A stretch of 64,000 bases of DNA from a virus: IMG/VR virus record IMGVR_UViG_3300044641_007991, positions 1 through 64,000 of that record; one strand, written 5' to 3'. Shown here one piece after another: positions 10,087-21,062 of the stretch; position 1 is the stretch's first letter; each line of letters opens with the position of its first letter. The notes below the pieces were generated by a model. It did no database searches, was not told the origin of the DNA, and worked only from the letters and a program-made list of their open reading frames with translations. A program made the position numbers and the translations under genes.

Positions 10087-10919
10087 TGCCATATTTTTAT
10101 ATTATCCGACATAAAGAAACGGGTAAACAATATGCTGGATCTAGATGGGCAAAAGGTTGTCACCCATCAGAATTTATGCAAAAAGGCGGATATACTACAT
10201 CATCTATAATAATTAATTCTATAATAGAACGGGAAGGCGTTGATGTATTTGAAATAATAGAAATTATAACTTTAGATGAACTTATAATTCCGTTTAGCGT
10301 ACAATCTGTATATCAATATGAAACATGGTTTTTAAACGAATATAATTGTGCAACTTCGCCTGATTGGTATAATAAACATAATAATGAGGGAATGGTATTT
10401 GGAACCTCAGAATTTTATGACAAATCTAAAACAACATGTTTAGAAAAATATGGTTACGAATATTGTTTACAAGCTCCAGAAATACAGGAAAAGTCTAAAC
10501 AAACTTTATTAGATAATTATGGAGTAGATTCTCCTGCAAAAAATGAAGAAATTTTAAATAGAATGAAAGACACCAATATAAAAAAATATGGTGTAGAATT
10601 TCCCTTACAATCTGACGTAATAAAAGAAAATACTAAATTAACTAATTTAGAAAGATATGGTTATGAATATGGGTTGCAATCGCCGATAATAAAAGAAAAA
10701 TCGAAACAGACTTGTTTGGAAGTATATGGAGTAGACCATCCATCAAAAGATCCAGAAATAAAAGAACGAATATTTAATACATTTAAAAAAACTAATTTAG
10801 AAAAATATGGCGTGGAATTTCATGTTAATATACAAGTTACTTGTCCATATTGTAATAAAATTGGCAATAAACCAATTATGATGCGATGGCATTTTAATAA
10901 TTGTAAATTAAAAACATAA
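10065..10919 (+). CDS. Free-standing GIY-YIG-like endonuclease B with LEKYG repeats and C-terminal CPYC/WHFNNC motif
   Basis: YFYIIRHKETGKQYAGSR N-terminus; repeated T(C/N)LEKYG(V/Y)E units. Confidence 0.7.
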   Translation: MLSKNIYMPYFYIIRHKETGKQYAGSRWAKGCHPSEFMQKGGYTTSSIIINSIIEREGVDVFEIIEIITLDELIIPFSVQSVYQYETWFLNEYNCATSPDWYNKHNNEGMVFGTSEFYDKSKTTCLEKYGYEYCLQAPEIQEKSKQTLLDNYGVDSPAKNEEILNRMKDTNIKKYGVEFPLQSDVIKENTKLTNLERYGYEYGLQSPIIKEKSKQTCLEVYGVDHPSKDPEIKERIFNTFKKTNLEKYGVEFHVNIQVTCPYCNKIGNKPIMMRWHFNNCKLKT

Positions 10920-10931
10920 TATGGACATAAT

Positions 10932-11228
10932 ATGGACATTACAGAAATAGGCGAGTTAATCTCAAAATACGGTTTTCCGACAGTTTCATCATTTTTTATG
11001 CTCAGAATGGTTCGTTACGTTTGGGATTTTACAATCAATGAGATTAACCCAGTTTTAGGTGAAGCTAATAAAGAGTTAATTGCTCTTATTGATAGAATAC
11101 GTCTTTGTGATAACGATCTTTTGAGATTAACTGCTAAATTAAATACAGTTCTTCAAATTCGTGAAAAGGCTTTATTACAACAAGATCAAGAAGAACCGCC
11201 AAAACCAAAACGTCCAAGATCAGGATAA
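10932..11228 (+). CDS. Small membrane protein, holin-like (paralogue 3)
   Basis: ISKYGFP TM segment, then LIDRIRLCDNDLLRL. Confidence 0.5.
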   Translation: MDITEIGELISKYGFPTVSSFFMLRMVRYVWDFTINEINPVLGEANKELIALIDRIRLCDNDLLRLTAKLNTVLQIREKALLQQDQEEPPKPKRPRSG

Positions 11229-11232
11229 TTAT

Positions 11233-11679
11233 ATGAGAAAACACCTATTAAAGTTGTTTTTTATTATGTGTTTTTCAATTGATGTTAACGCCTCTAATCT
11301 AGTTTATGAATTCAATAATCCATCATTTTCGGGAAATGGTTGGTCAACTCAAGTAATAACTCTAGAACAAATAGAATCCGCTCGAAAGCAAAAAATAAAA
11401 GATGATGCAGCAGCTGGCATAGCCAAAGCTGCAGCTGATGCTAAAAATAGCAATTTATCTAAATTTTTAGTTAATGTTGAGTCCAGGATTTACGCTCAAT
11501 TATCCAAACAATTAGCTGATCAAATGTTTACTGATAGTGGAGCAACATCAGGTACAATGGATTTTCAGGGAACATCTATTAATTGGGTTAAAGGTGCAAC
11601 TGATGTATCGTTAACAATTACAGAATCTAATGGTAATACCACTGATATTATAGTTCCTATTGGTCAGTTTGGATTTTAA
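11233..11679 (+). CDS. csgF: Curli assembly protein CsgF-like
   Basis: Signal peptide then LVYEFNNPSFSGNG (CsgF N-terminal NPSFGG motif); directly upstream of csgG; ATG at 11233 preferred over the track start. Confidence 0.75.
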   Translation: MRKHLLKLFFIMCFSIDVNASNLVYEFNNPSFSGNGWSTQVITLEQIESARKQKIKDDAAAGIAKAAADAKNSNLSKFLVNVESRIYAQLSKQLADQMFTDSGATSGTMDFQGTSINWVKGATDVSLTITESNGNTTDIIVPIGQFGF

Positions 11680-11680
11680 T

Positions 11681-12457
11681 ATGAAATATATGATTTTATC
11701 CATATTATTGCTTACAGGGTGTTCTCAAATTGCTTTGGATATTATGAGAGAAGATCCCGTTCCTATAACATCAAGAATCACATTAAGTAATAAATTACCG
11801 GAATTGGAAGGACCAGCAATACCAATTTCTATTTACGATTTTACTGATAAAACTGGGCAACGTAAACCATCAGACAAATTAGCTCAATTATCAACAGCTG
11901 TTCCACAGGGAGCAGAATCGTTTGTTATCAAAGCATTACAAGATTCAAAAAATTGGTTTAAGGTTGTTGAACGAGTTGGTTTAGATAATTTAGTTAAAGA
12001 GCGACAATTAATTCGCAATCAACGAGATGTTTACGAAGGAAAAGAATCTAAACCATTACCTCCATTATTAGTTAGTGGATTAATGGTAACAGGTAGCATT
12101 AGTGGATACGATTCTGATATTCGTACGGGTGGAATAGGGTTAAGGTTATTTAAACTTGGATTCACCCAAGAATATAGAGTTGATCAAATTACTATCTCGA
12201 TGAGATTAATTTCTGTTTCATCTGGGGAAGTATTAGTATCAGTGGCAACAACTAAAACGATTTATAGTTTTGCTAGTGATGCTGGTGTTATGATGTTTAT
12301 TGGAACTGGTAATGTAACTGCTCTAGAAGCAGAAGTTGGAAATAGCGTCAACGAACCTATTACTGAAGGTGTTAGAGTTGCTATTGAAGACAGTGTTTAT
12401 TCTATGATAATTGAAGGGGAAAAACGAGGTCTTTGGAAATTTAAAAAGGAAAAATAG
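11681..12457 (+). CDS. csgG: Curli secretion channel CsgG-like lipoprotein
   Basis: Lipobox LTGC; F.DKTGQRKP, STAVPQGA, WFKVVERVGLDNLVKERQLIR. Confidence 0.9.
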   Translation: MKYMILSILLLTGCSQIALDIMREDPVPITSRITLSNKLPELEGPAIPISIYDFTDKTGQRKPSDKLAQLSTAVPQGAESFVIKALQDSKNWFKVVERVGLDNLVKERQLIRNQRDVYEGKESKPLPPLLVSGLMVTGSISGYDSDIRTGGIGLRLFKLGFTQEYRVDQITISMRLISVSSGEVLVSVATTKTIYSFASDAGVMMFIGTGNVTALEAEVGNSVNEPITEGVRVAIEDSVYSMIIEGEKRGLWKFKKEK

Positions 12458-13048
12458 ATGAAAATCTTACAAACATATTTGATTATGTTTGTTATGCTCT
12501 TTGCTACTACTACATTTGCTAATGATATTTTTATTGAACAGGTTGGGAGTTTATCTGATATTACATTAACACAACAGGGTGTTGATAATCGTATTGGGAC
12601 AGCTCTTAATCCTTCATTTTTTGGTGGAAGTAGTGATGTGTCGACTATTGAACAAATTGGTTCTAGAAATGAATTAGATTTGATCGTAAATGGTGATAAT
12701 ACAACTGTTACATTAAGTACAACAGGTAATGATAATAAAGAAACAATTAATTGTGGAGTCAAAACTGCTGTGACATGTAACAATACTACAATCAATCATA
12801 CTATATCGGGTGATAATAATACTATTGACACTACAATTGGTGCTACAACTAATAGTAAAATGACTGTAACTGGTGATAGTAATGCTATTACTCATACAAG
12901 TACAAGTTCTGGTATTGTATCTGCTGATTTAACTTTAACTGGTAACAGTAATACAATTGATTTAACTCAAAGCGGAACTTTGGATAAGAGTATAAAAATT
13001 GAAAGTACTGGTTCTAACAATAATATTACTGTTAATCAATCCAATTAA
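12458..13048 (+). CDS. Curlin-like (CsgA/CsgB-type) secreted repeat protein
   Basis: Signal peptide plus repeated Q-x-G-x-x-N / G-D-x-N beta-arcade units; follows csgG. Confidence 0.65.
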   Translation: MKILQTYLIMFVMLFATTTFANDIFIEQVGSLSDITLTQQGVDNRIGTALNPSFFGGSSDVSTIEQIGSRNELDLIVNGDNTTVTLSTTGNDNKETINCGVKTAVTCNNTTINHTISGDNNTIDTTIGATTNSKMTVTGDSNAITHTSTSSGIVSADLTLTGNSNTIDLTQSGTLDKSIKIESTGSNNNITVNQSN

Positions 13049-13146
13049 TATAAATAGACGGTAGTCGCGGATCCCCCGATCCCACTACCTCTAAACATTT
13101 TTACACTTAATCAAGAGGATTAACAATGTCCAGCGCAAATATTTAT
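13049..13146 (+). promoter_or_regulatory. Endonuclease leader element, copy C
   Basis: TATAAATA..GGTAG-TCGCG-GATC..GATC-CCA-CTACC-TCTAAACATT..GAGG..ATG TCC AGC GCA AAT ATT TAT A. Confidence 0.85.
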
Positions 13147-13974
13147 ATTATCACAGAACAACAGCGTTTAAATTTTAAACCAACATATCTTTATATCAAA
13201 CAACATTCAGTTACTGGATTAAAATATTTCGGAAAAACGATTAAATCTGATCCAATAAAATATAAAGGATCTGGTATTAGGTGGTCAAAACATATAAAAA
13301 AACACGGAACTAAATTTGTTACCACTTTATGGTATAAATTATATACAGATATAGATGAATTATTATCCGTTGCTATAACTCTATCTGAAATTTATGATAT
13401 CGTGGATTCTGATTTTTGGGCGAATATTGTGCCAGAAAATGGGTTAACTGGCGGAGATTCTGAAACTGTTAGAAGGCAACAAAAAGAGAAAGTTGCAGAA
13501 GGAACCCATAATTTTTTAGGTGGGGAGATTGGGGGGAGTTTTTCAAGAGAACGAGTTTTAAATGGAACCCATAATTTTTTAGGTCCAGAATCAAATAGAA
13601 AGCGAATAGCTGATGGAACACATCCATTTTTAAATTCCGATTTTCAAAGAAATGTTCAATTAAAATTATTATCTGAAGGGACTCATATATTCCTTAATCC
13701 AGAATTTCGAGAAAATCAATCTAATAGAGTTAAAGAAATGAATGCAACAAACGTCTCTAATGGTACGCACCCTTTTTTAGGACCGGAGTTGAATAAAAAA
13801 CGAATAGCTGATGGGACACATCCTTTACTCACTTTATCCAAACAAAGATCTAATAGAAAAATATATCTTGACATAAAAGAATTAGCTAAAACATTAAAGA
13901 TTAAATTACCACCTGGGCTAAATATGAAATCTGATGAATTTTTATTGAAATTTAAAGACAAATATTTGACTTAA
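13126..13974 (+). CDS. Free-standing GIY-YIG-like homing endonuclease C
   Basis: FKPTYLYIKQHSVTGLKYFGKT...YKGSG; GTH(N/P)FL repeats; close paralogue of 5065..5853. Confidence 0.75.
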   Translation: MSSANIYIITEQQRLNFKPTYLYIKQHSVTGLKYFGKTIKSDPIKYKGSGIRWSKHIKKHGTKFVTTLWYKLYTDIDELLSVAITLSEIYDIVDSDFWANIVPENGLTGGDSETVRRQQKEKVAEGTHNFLGGEIGGSFSRERVLNGTHNFLGPESNRKRIADGTHPFLNSDFQRNVQLKLLSEGTHIFLNPEFRENQSNRVKEMNATNVSNGTHPFLGPELNKKRIADGTHPLLTLSKQRSNRKIYLDIKELAKTLKIKLPPGLNMKSDEFLLKFKDKYLT

Positions 13975-13975
13975 T

Positions 13976-15034
13976 ATGCAATTTTGTGTATTTGTATTTT
14001 TAACATTTATATCAGTGAATGTTTTATCTGATATAGGGAAAATCGAATACCAAACAGGATTAGCTGAAATTAATAGGAATAATAGATCCTATGCAACTAA
14101 AGAGCAATTTCCAGTAGAATCTAAAGATTCTATTATTACAGCTAATTCTAAACTTAATATTAAATTTGAAGATAATACACGAGTTGCTGTGTCTGAACAA
14201 AGTAAACTTATTATTGATGATTTTATATACGACCCTAAAAAAACAGCAGGGAAATTAGCTTTAAAGTTTGCTTTAGGAACTGTTAGATATACTTCAGGAC
14301 AAATTGCTAAACATAATCCTCAAACAGTATCTATTAATACGCCGACTTCCGTAATTTCAATTCGGGGCACTGATTTTAGCGCCACTGTTGATGAATTAGG
14401 TAAAAGTACAATTATTTTATTACCCAGTTGTGATATTACTGGTTGTGTTACAGGTGCTATTGAAGTTTCTACTGATGCAGGGTTTGTTTTAATGAACCAA
14501 GCATTCCAGACAACAGTTGTATCAGATAAAAATTCTGCTCCAACAAAACCTGTTATCATATCAATCGATGCAGCTAATATAGATAATACATTAATTGTAT
14601 CTCCTCCTGTAAAATCTACAGATAATTCAACAAAAGTAGAACAAATAAAAACTGATTTAGATATTAATTTTCTTGATCAAGATTTTTTATCATACAAACA
14701 ATTAGATTTAAATGTTTTAGATTTAAGCAGCGAATTAGATAAAAATTATCTTGAGGTTGCTTTAATGGAAGATATGTTGAACGCTACTAATCAAGTCGGC
14801 AGCGATTTATTAGCTGTTGGGGTAATGTTGCCTGGATATAATGAGGCTAGTAATTTAAAATATTATATTAATTCTATTGAACAATTAGTATTAAACAAAT
14901 CATCAAAACACCAATTTGAATTAAAAATTGATAAAAATTCAGATGCAACATTAAATTTAAATCAAGAAGGTGTTCCATTATCTCAAAGAATTAATATGGG
15001 TGTTGCAACAAAAATTACTATTATTCAAAAATAA
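13976..15034 (+). CDS. FecR-domain protein
   Basis: Signal peptide; I.F.D.T...SEQSKLIIDDFIYDP, TPTSVISIRGTDF, GAIEV. Confidence 0.8.
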   Translation: MQFCVFVFLTFISVNVLSDIGKIEYQTGLAEINRNNRSYATKEQFPVESKDSIITANSKLNIKFEDNTRVAVSEQSKLIIDDFIYDPKKTAGKLALKFALGTVRYTSGQIAKHNPQTVSINTPTSVISIRGTDFSATVDELGKSTIILLPSCDITGCVTGAIEVSTDAGFVLMNQAFQTTVVSDKNSAPTKPVIISIDAANIDNTLIVSPPVKSTDNSTKVEQIKTDLDINFLDQDFLSYKQLDLNVLDLSSELDKNYLEVALMEDMLNATNQVGSDLLAVGVMLPGYNEASNLKYYINSIEQLVLNKSSKHQFELKIDKNSDATLNLNQEGVPLSQRINMGVATKITIIQK

Positions 15035-15065
15035 ATAGTTTTTTTAAATATAACGTGAGGTAATC

Positions 15066-15779
15066 ATGAAAAAACTTGTTTTAGCACTATGTTTAGCGTT
15101 TTCTACTGCTGTATTTGCAGGAACTATTAACGAACAATGTCCGCAATTAACTGTAAACGGAACTCCACAATATGAATCTCAGCAAGGCGATCAAGAAATT
15201 TGTCATGCAAATTATGCAGTAATTCATAGATGCGGAGTAAAGGCTCCAGTTGCAGTATTTGAACATTTAACCAAAGAAGATATTACTGGTCCAGCTAAAC
15301 GAAAAGATAATTTTCACCCTGATTCTGATGTTTCCCCGCAATGTTCAGCTACTTTAGCCGATTATGCTACTGTTGGTAAAACTCATGATAGAGGACATTT
15401 ATCTCCAGCTGGAAACAATACTCAAAGTGCTGATATTATGAGCGAAAGTTTTGATTTGAGTAACATGGTAGCTCAGGTAGCAAACAATAATCGTGGGATC
15501 TGGAAACAATTAGAAACTAAAGAACGCGAAATGATTTCAACTGCAGGAACAGATTATTATATTATTTCTGGTGGCATTTTTGATCCTGGATACTCTGTAA
15601 CTGGTAATGGTTTGGGTATTCCAACTAGATTGTATAAAATAATTGTCGAGAAAAATAATAAATCCGTGCAAGCATATTTAATGCCAAATGCTGCGTTACC
15701 TGTGACAGATTTACCGAAATATCAAGTGTCGCTAGAAGAAGTTGAGCAAGCAACGCAAATGAAATTTAATTTAAAATGA
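15066..15779 (+). CDS. Secreted DNA/RNA non-specific endonuclease (NucA/Serratia family)
   Basis: Signal peptide; DRGHLSP, SNMVAQ...NRGIW..LE, IPT..YK. Confidence 0.9.
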   Translation: MKKLVLALCLAFSTAVFAGTINEQCPQLTVNGTPQYESQQGDQEICHANYAVIHRCGVKAPVAVFEHLTKEDITGPAKRKDNFHPDSDVSPQCSATLADYATVGKTHDRGHLSPAGNNTQSADIMSESFDLSNMVAQVANNNRGIWKQLETKEREMISTAGTDYYIISGGIFDPGYSVTGNGLGIPTRLYKIIVEKNNKSVQAYLMPNAALPVTDLPKYQVSLEEVEQATQMKFNLK

Positions 15780-17524
15780 GAAAAGTTTTATTATCTCCAT
15801 GGTTTTCGTTGGTAACTCTAGCATTAGTAATAGTGCTACGGGTTGCTGACCCTAGTTTCATAGAATCGATTCGACTTCGATATTTCGACACAATTATAAC
15901 AAGTCAGCAAGTTAAACCTTCTGAACAAATTCGTGTTGTTAATATTGATGATGAAACGATCAAACGCTATGGTCAATTCCCATTTCCGCGTGACAAATAT
16001 GCTGAGATAATCCAGACATTATTTGACCATCAAGCTGGATTAGTTGTTTTTAACGTATTCATGCCAGAATCTGATAGGTTTGGAAAGGACAATGAACTCA
16101 AAAAAATTATTGACACCTATCCAGTTATCTTACCTGAAGTTGGGGTTAATGATTCTACTGCTAGTGTTGCCCCTAAAATTGGCGTATCCGAAATCGGTGA
16201 ATCTGCCAGACCTTGGGCGCCACAGTACAAGGGAATACAATCTAACATCCCAGAATATCAGGGTGCAGCAGGCATTGGAGTCGTTAATACCCTCCCAGAA
16301 ATTGATGGAGTCACCAGAAGAATACCCATGGTTGTATCAGCCACAGATACTCTCTACCCGTCCATCTCGATGGAAACGCTTAGAGTTGCAGCTGGAGACC
16401 CTAGCTTTCAAATTAAGTCTAATGAATCGGGGATCGAAGCAGTTAGAATCCCTCAGTTTGGAAAAATTGATACTGATGAATTTGGAAGAATCTGGATCGA
16501 TTGGTCGAACATACCGATGGAATATTCCTTCAATAGATTACCCGATAGTTTTGATGGTGGAATTGTTATTGTCGGGCTTACTGGACGAGGACTCAATAAT
16601 CCTGTCGCAACAGCTAGAGGGAACGTCTATCCGCATCAACTTCAATCTACGGTATTAGATACAATTTTAAAAGGTACTAATATTTCTAGACCAGATTGGG
16701 CAACAGTTGTTGAATTATTATCAACATTATTATTGAGTATTGTTTCTATATTATTAGTGCGGTGGAAATATGGATTTATTCCTGTTATTACAGCTATTAC
16801 CTCTATACATTTTGGTGTTAGTTATATTTTTAACAATTATCATTACCTTTTGGACGCTACGATTCCTGTTCTGGGCATTTTTCTGGTGTATGCTCATAGT
16901 TTCACTGTTAAATTTATTACTGAACTAAACGCTAAATTGCAAATTAAACGACAATTTGGAACTTATTTAAGTCCTGCATTGGTAGAAAAGTTGCAAAAAA
17001 ATCCTGAGTTGTTAACTCTTGGTGGAGAATCTAGAGAATTGACAATTTATTTTTCTGATATTAGGTCATTTACAACGCTGTCTGAGCATTATAAAACTGA
17101 TCCCATGGGGTTAACCAATTTAATAACCCGATATATGGATAAAATGTTACCTATTATAATGAAAAATGAAGGTACTGTTGGAAAACTTATTGGTGATGCT
17201 ATTATGGCATGGTGGGGTGCTCCATTAGATGTAGAAAATCACGCATCAATGGCTATTAAAACTGCAAAAGAAATGGAAATAGCATTAGCAGAATTAAATG
17301 AAGAATTAATATCTGAAGGTAAACCTCCATTACATGTTGGTGCTGGTATTAGTACTGGAACTGTATTTGTTGGTAATATGGGATCTTCTGAAAGATTTAG
17401 TTATGATATATTAGGGGATGAGGTTAATCTTGCAGCAAGATTAGAAGGACAAACTAAAGGATACGGAGTATCTTTAATATTGAGTGAAAACGCATTAAAT
17501 AGATTAAAGTTTGAAAATGTATAA
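15776..17524 (+). CDS. CHASE2-domain adenylate/guanylate cyclase, N-terminal part of a fractured gene
   Basis: CHASE2 (VVNIDDE..GQFPFPRD, DGVTRRIP), three TM helices, class III cyclase motifs FSDIRSFT, KLIGDA, GNMGS, GDEVNLAARLE; stops before the ELD.V.VKGK segment. Confidence 0.88.
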   Translation: MRKVLLSPWFSLVTLALVIVLRVADPSFIESIRLRYFDTIITSQQVKPSEQIRVVNIDDETIKRYGQFPFPRDKYAEIIQTLFDHQAGLVVFNVFMPESDRFGKDNELKKIIDTYPVILPEVGVNDSTASVAPKIGVSEIGESARPWAPQYKGIQSNIPEYQGAAGIGVVNTLPEIDGVTRRIPMVVSATDTLYPSISMETLRVAAGDPSFQIKSNESGIEAVRIPQFGKIDTDEFGRIWIDWSNIPMEYSFNRLPDSFDGGIVIVGLTGRGLNNPVATARGNVYPHQLQSTVLDTILKGTNISRPDWATVVELLSTLLLSIVSILLVRWKYGFIPVITAITSIHFGVSYIFNNYHYLLDATIPVLGIFLVYAHSFTVKFITELNAKLQIKRQFGTYLSPALVEKLQKNPELLTLGGESRELTIYFSDIRSFTTLSEHYKTDPMGLTNLITRYMDKMLPIIMKNEGTVGKLIGDAIMAWWGAPLDVENHASMAIKTAKEMEIALAELNEELISEGKPPLHVGAGISTGTVFVGNMGSSERFSYDILGDEVNLAARLEGQTKGYGVSLILSENALNRLKFENV

Positions 17525-17621
17525 ATAATGTGTAGATCGCGATACTACTAATATCCATCTACTCTAAACATATTCTTAACACTATTACGAGGAACAGTTA
17601 TGTCCAGCGAAAATATTTATA
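17520..17621 (+). promoter_or_regulatory. Endonuclease leader element, copy D
   Basis: TATAAATA (contains the cyclase stop codon)..GTAGA-TCGCG-ATA..TAT-CCA-TCTAC-TCTAAACAT..GAGG..ATG TCC AGC GAA AAT ATT TAT A. Confidence 0.85.
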
Positions 17622-18511
17622 CACATACAATATCAGAATCACAACGATTAGAATTTAAACCTACTTGGTTATACATTAAATATCACCCAGTAACAGGCTT
17701 ATCTTATTTTGGTAAGACGATTAAAAATCCATACAAATATAAAGGATCTGGTCCATATTGGAAAAACCATATAAAAAAGTATAATAGTAAATTTGTAGAA
17801 ACTTTATGGTGTCATTTATTTGTGAATATTGATGAATTGGTTGAATATGCTTTATGGTTTTCTAGTGTGAACGATATTGTAGAATCCACATTATGGGCTA
17901 ATATGGTATTTGAAGATGGATTAGGTGGAAGAGGAGTAAGTGGTGCCGGTAATGGTATGTACAATAAACAGCACACAGAAGAAACGAAAAAATTAATTTC
18001 TGAAATAAAAACAGCTAATCCGGTAAAACTGTTTGCAGAAGATAATCCACGATTTGGGAAACCTGGAACATTTAAAAATAAAACCCACACTAAAGAATCT
18101 AAATTGAAAATTTCAAATTCTAAAAAGAATAAAACTTATGAAGAAATTTATGGCTCGGTTGAAAAAGCTCAAATAATGAGAGAAAAACGATCAACCGAAT
18201 CTAAAAATAGATCTGTATCTGAAATTACTAGAAAAAAATTAAGTTTAGCCAATATAGGAAAGACTAGAACTGAACAACAAAGATTAAATAATTCAAAAGC
18301 TCAAAAAGGATTACAAGCAGGATCCAATAACCCAAGAGCTTTAAAAATTAAAGCGATATCTCCAGAAGGCGAAATATTCCATATTCATGGAGAATTTAGA
18401 ATATTTTGCGAATCTAAATCATTATCTCAATCAATAGCAGGAAAAATATTGAAACATAACCATAAACCAAAATCCGGTAATTGTATTGGGTGGAGTTTTT
18501 CTTATGAATGA
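17600..18511 (+). CDS. GIY-YIG-like homing endonuclease D with NUMOD3-type motifs
   Basis: FKPTWLYIKYH..TGLSYFGKT; HTEETKKLIS, HTKESKLKIS. Confidence 0.78.
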   Translation: MSSENIYTHTISESQRLEFKPTWLYIKYHPVTGLSYFGKTIKNPYKYKGSGPYWKNHIKKYNSKFVETLWCHLFVNIDELVEYALWFSSVNDIVESTLWANMVFEDGLGGRGVSGAGNGMYNKQHTEETKKLISEIKTANPVKLFAEDNPRFGKPGTFKNKTHTKESKLKISNSKKNKTYEEIYGSVEKAQIMREKRSTESKNRSVSEITRKKLSLANIGKTRTEQQRLNNSKAQKGLQAGSNNPRALKIKAISPEGEIFHIHGEFRIFCESKSLSQSIAGKILKHNHKPKSGNCIGWSFSYE

Positions 18512-18770
18512 TTTTGTTGAACTCGATACAGTAGCAGTCAAGGGAAAAAAAGAAGGGATTAAGATTTTCACGGTAGCAAATCCACCACCAGAACATCAAT
18601 TATATCTAGAAGCATATTATGCTGGGGATTGGAAATCTGCTGCGATTATTTGTAAACATTTATCCGAACAACCAGGAGATCTTCAACATTATTATGAATT
18701 AATGTTAGAACGTATTTCTGGAGAATGTCCAGATAACTGGACTGGTACATATCACGCAACTTCCAAATGA
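18504..18770 (+). CDS. C-terminal part of the fractured adenylate cyclase
   Basis: MNDFVELDTVAVKGKKEGIKIF is the last strand of class III cyclases, followed by the usual Y..GDW..A...P..W.G....TSK tail; ATG overlaps the endonuclease stop. Confidence 0.8.
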   Translation: MNDFVELDTVAVKGKKEGIKIFTVANPPPEHQLYLEAYYAGDWKSAAIICKHLSEQPGDLQHYYELMLERISGECPDNWTGTYHATSK

Positions 18771-18795
18771 AAAAAGGGAGCCGAAGCTCCCTTTA
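18770..18795. terminator. Bidirectional intrinsic terminator
   Basis: AAAAAGGGAGC-CGAA-GCTCCCTTT between convergent genes. Confidence 0.85.
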
Positions 18796-18799
18796 TCTT

Positions 18800-20431
<1,632 letters not shown>

Positions 20432-20463
20432 TTATTGTGTAAATATAATTATTTAAATCTATA

Positions 20464-20817
20464 TTAACATCCATTGTTGTTATCTGAATCCATATCTCGT
20501 TCGACGATAGGACTGATTACTTGTTGATAAGTTTCCTCAAAGATGTCTGGCTTACATGCATAGAATTCTCCTTGGACACCACGAATAATATAATCACCTT
20601 CAGATGCAATATGATACGAATCACTTCTGTCTTCTAGAGTTTTGATTTCTAACCAAGCTTCATTCTCATCAGTATCGTACATTCCAGCATCACGATAAGC
20701 ATCACCAAGCCAGTTTTTCAAAAATAATAAACATTCTGATGTATATTCAAATACAACAGCTTCAATTACAACTGGTCGTTTTTTGTATTTTTTAATCATC
20801 TTCGCCGTAGATTGCAA
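20464..20817 (-). CDS. Conserved phage hypothetical protein
   Basis: KKRPVVIEAV...GDYIIRGVQGEFYACKPDIFEETY. Confidence 0.7.
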   Translation of the reverse strand: MQSTAKMIKKYKKRPVVIEAVVFEYTSECLLFLKNWLGDAYRDAGMYDTDENEAWLEIKTLEDRSDSYHIASEGDYIIRGVQGEFYACKPDIFEETYQQVISPIVERDMDSDNNNGC

Positions 20818-21034
20818 TAATATGCTCTGATTTAATTACATACAAATCATTTTTAATTTTCTTAGCTTCATTCCAATCAATCATGATTGTATCTTCCAAT
20901 TTTAAATCTTCAACCCACCCGCCAAATCCTAAGACTTTGGCTTTAATTGCATCATCACTCTCAACTCCTTGAATAAGACCTTGATACTCATCTTTTTGTT
21001 TCTTAACGATAACATAATCATTTAATACTTGCAT
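20792..21034 (-). CDS. groES: Divergent co-chaperonin GroES-like
   Basis: QVLNDYVIVK, GLI, KVLGFG, VIKSEHIIAI pattern; just upstream of groEL. Confidence 0.65.
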   Translation of the reverse strand: MQVLNDYVIVKKQKDEYQGLIQGVESDDAIKAKVLGFGGWVEDLKLEDTIMIDWNEAKKIKNDLYVIKSEHIIAIYGEDD

Positions 21035-21062
21035 AAGTTTCCTCTTTTAGTTAAAACAATAC

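Noticed and set aside
17525-18503. Group I intron interrupting the cyclase
   Set aside because: Only about 75 non-coding nt precede the nuclease and none follow it; no P/Q/R/S core is visible; the downstream part has its own ATG.
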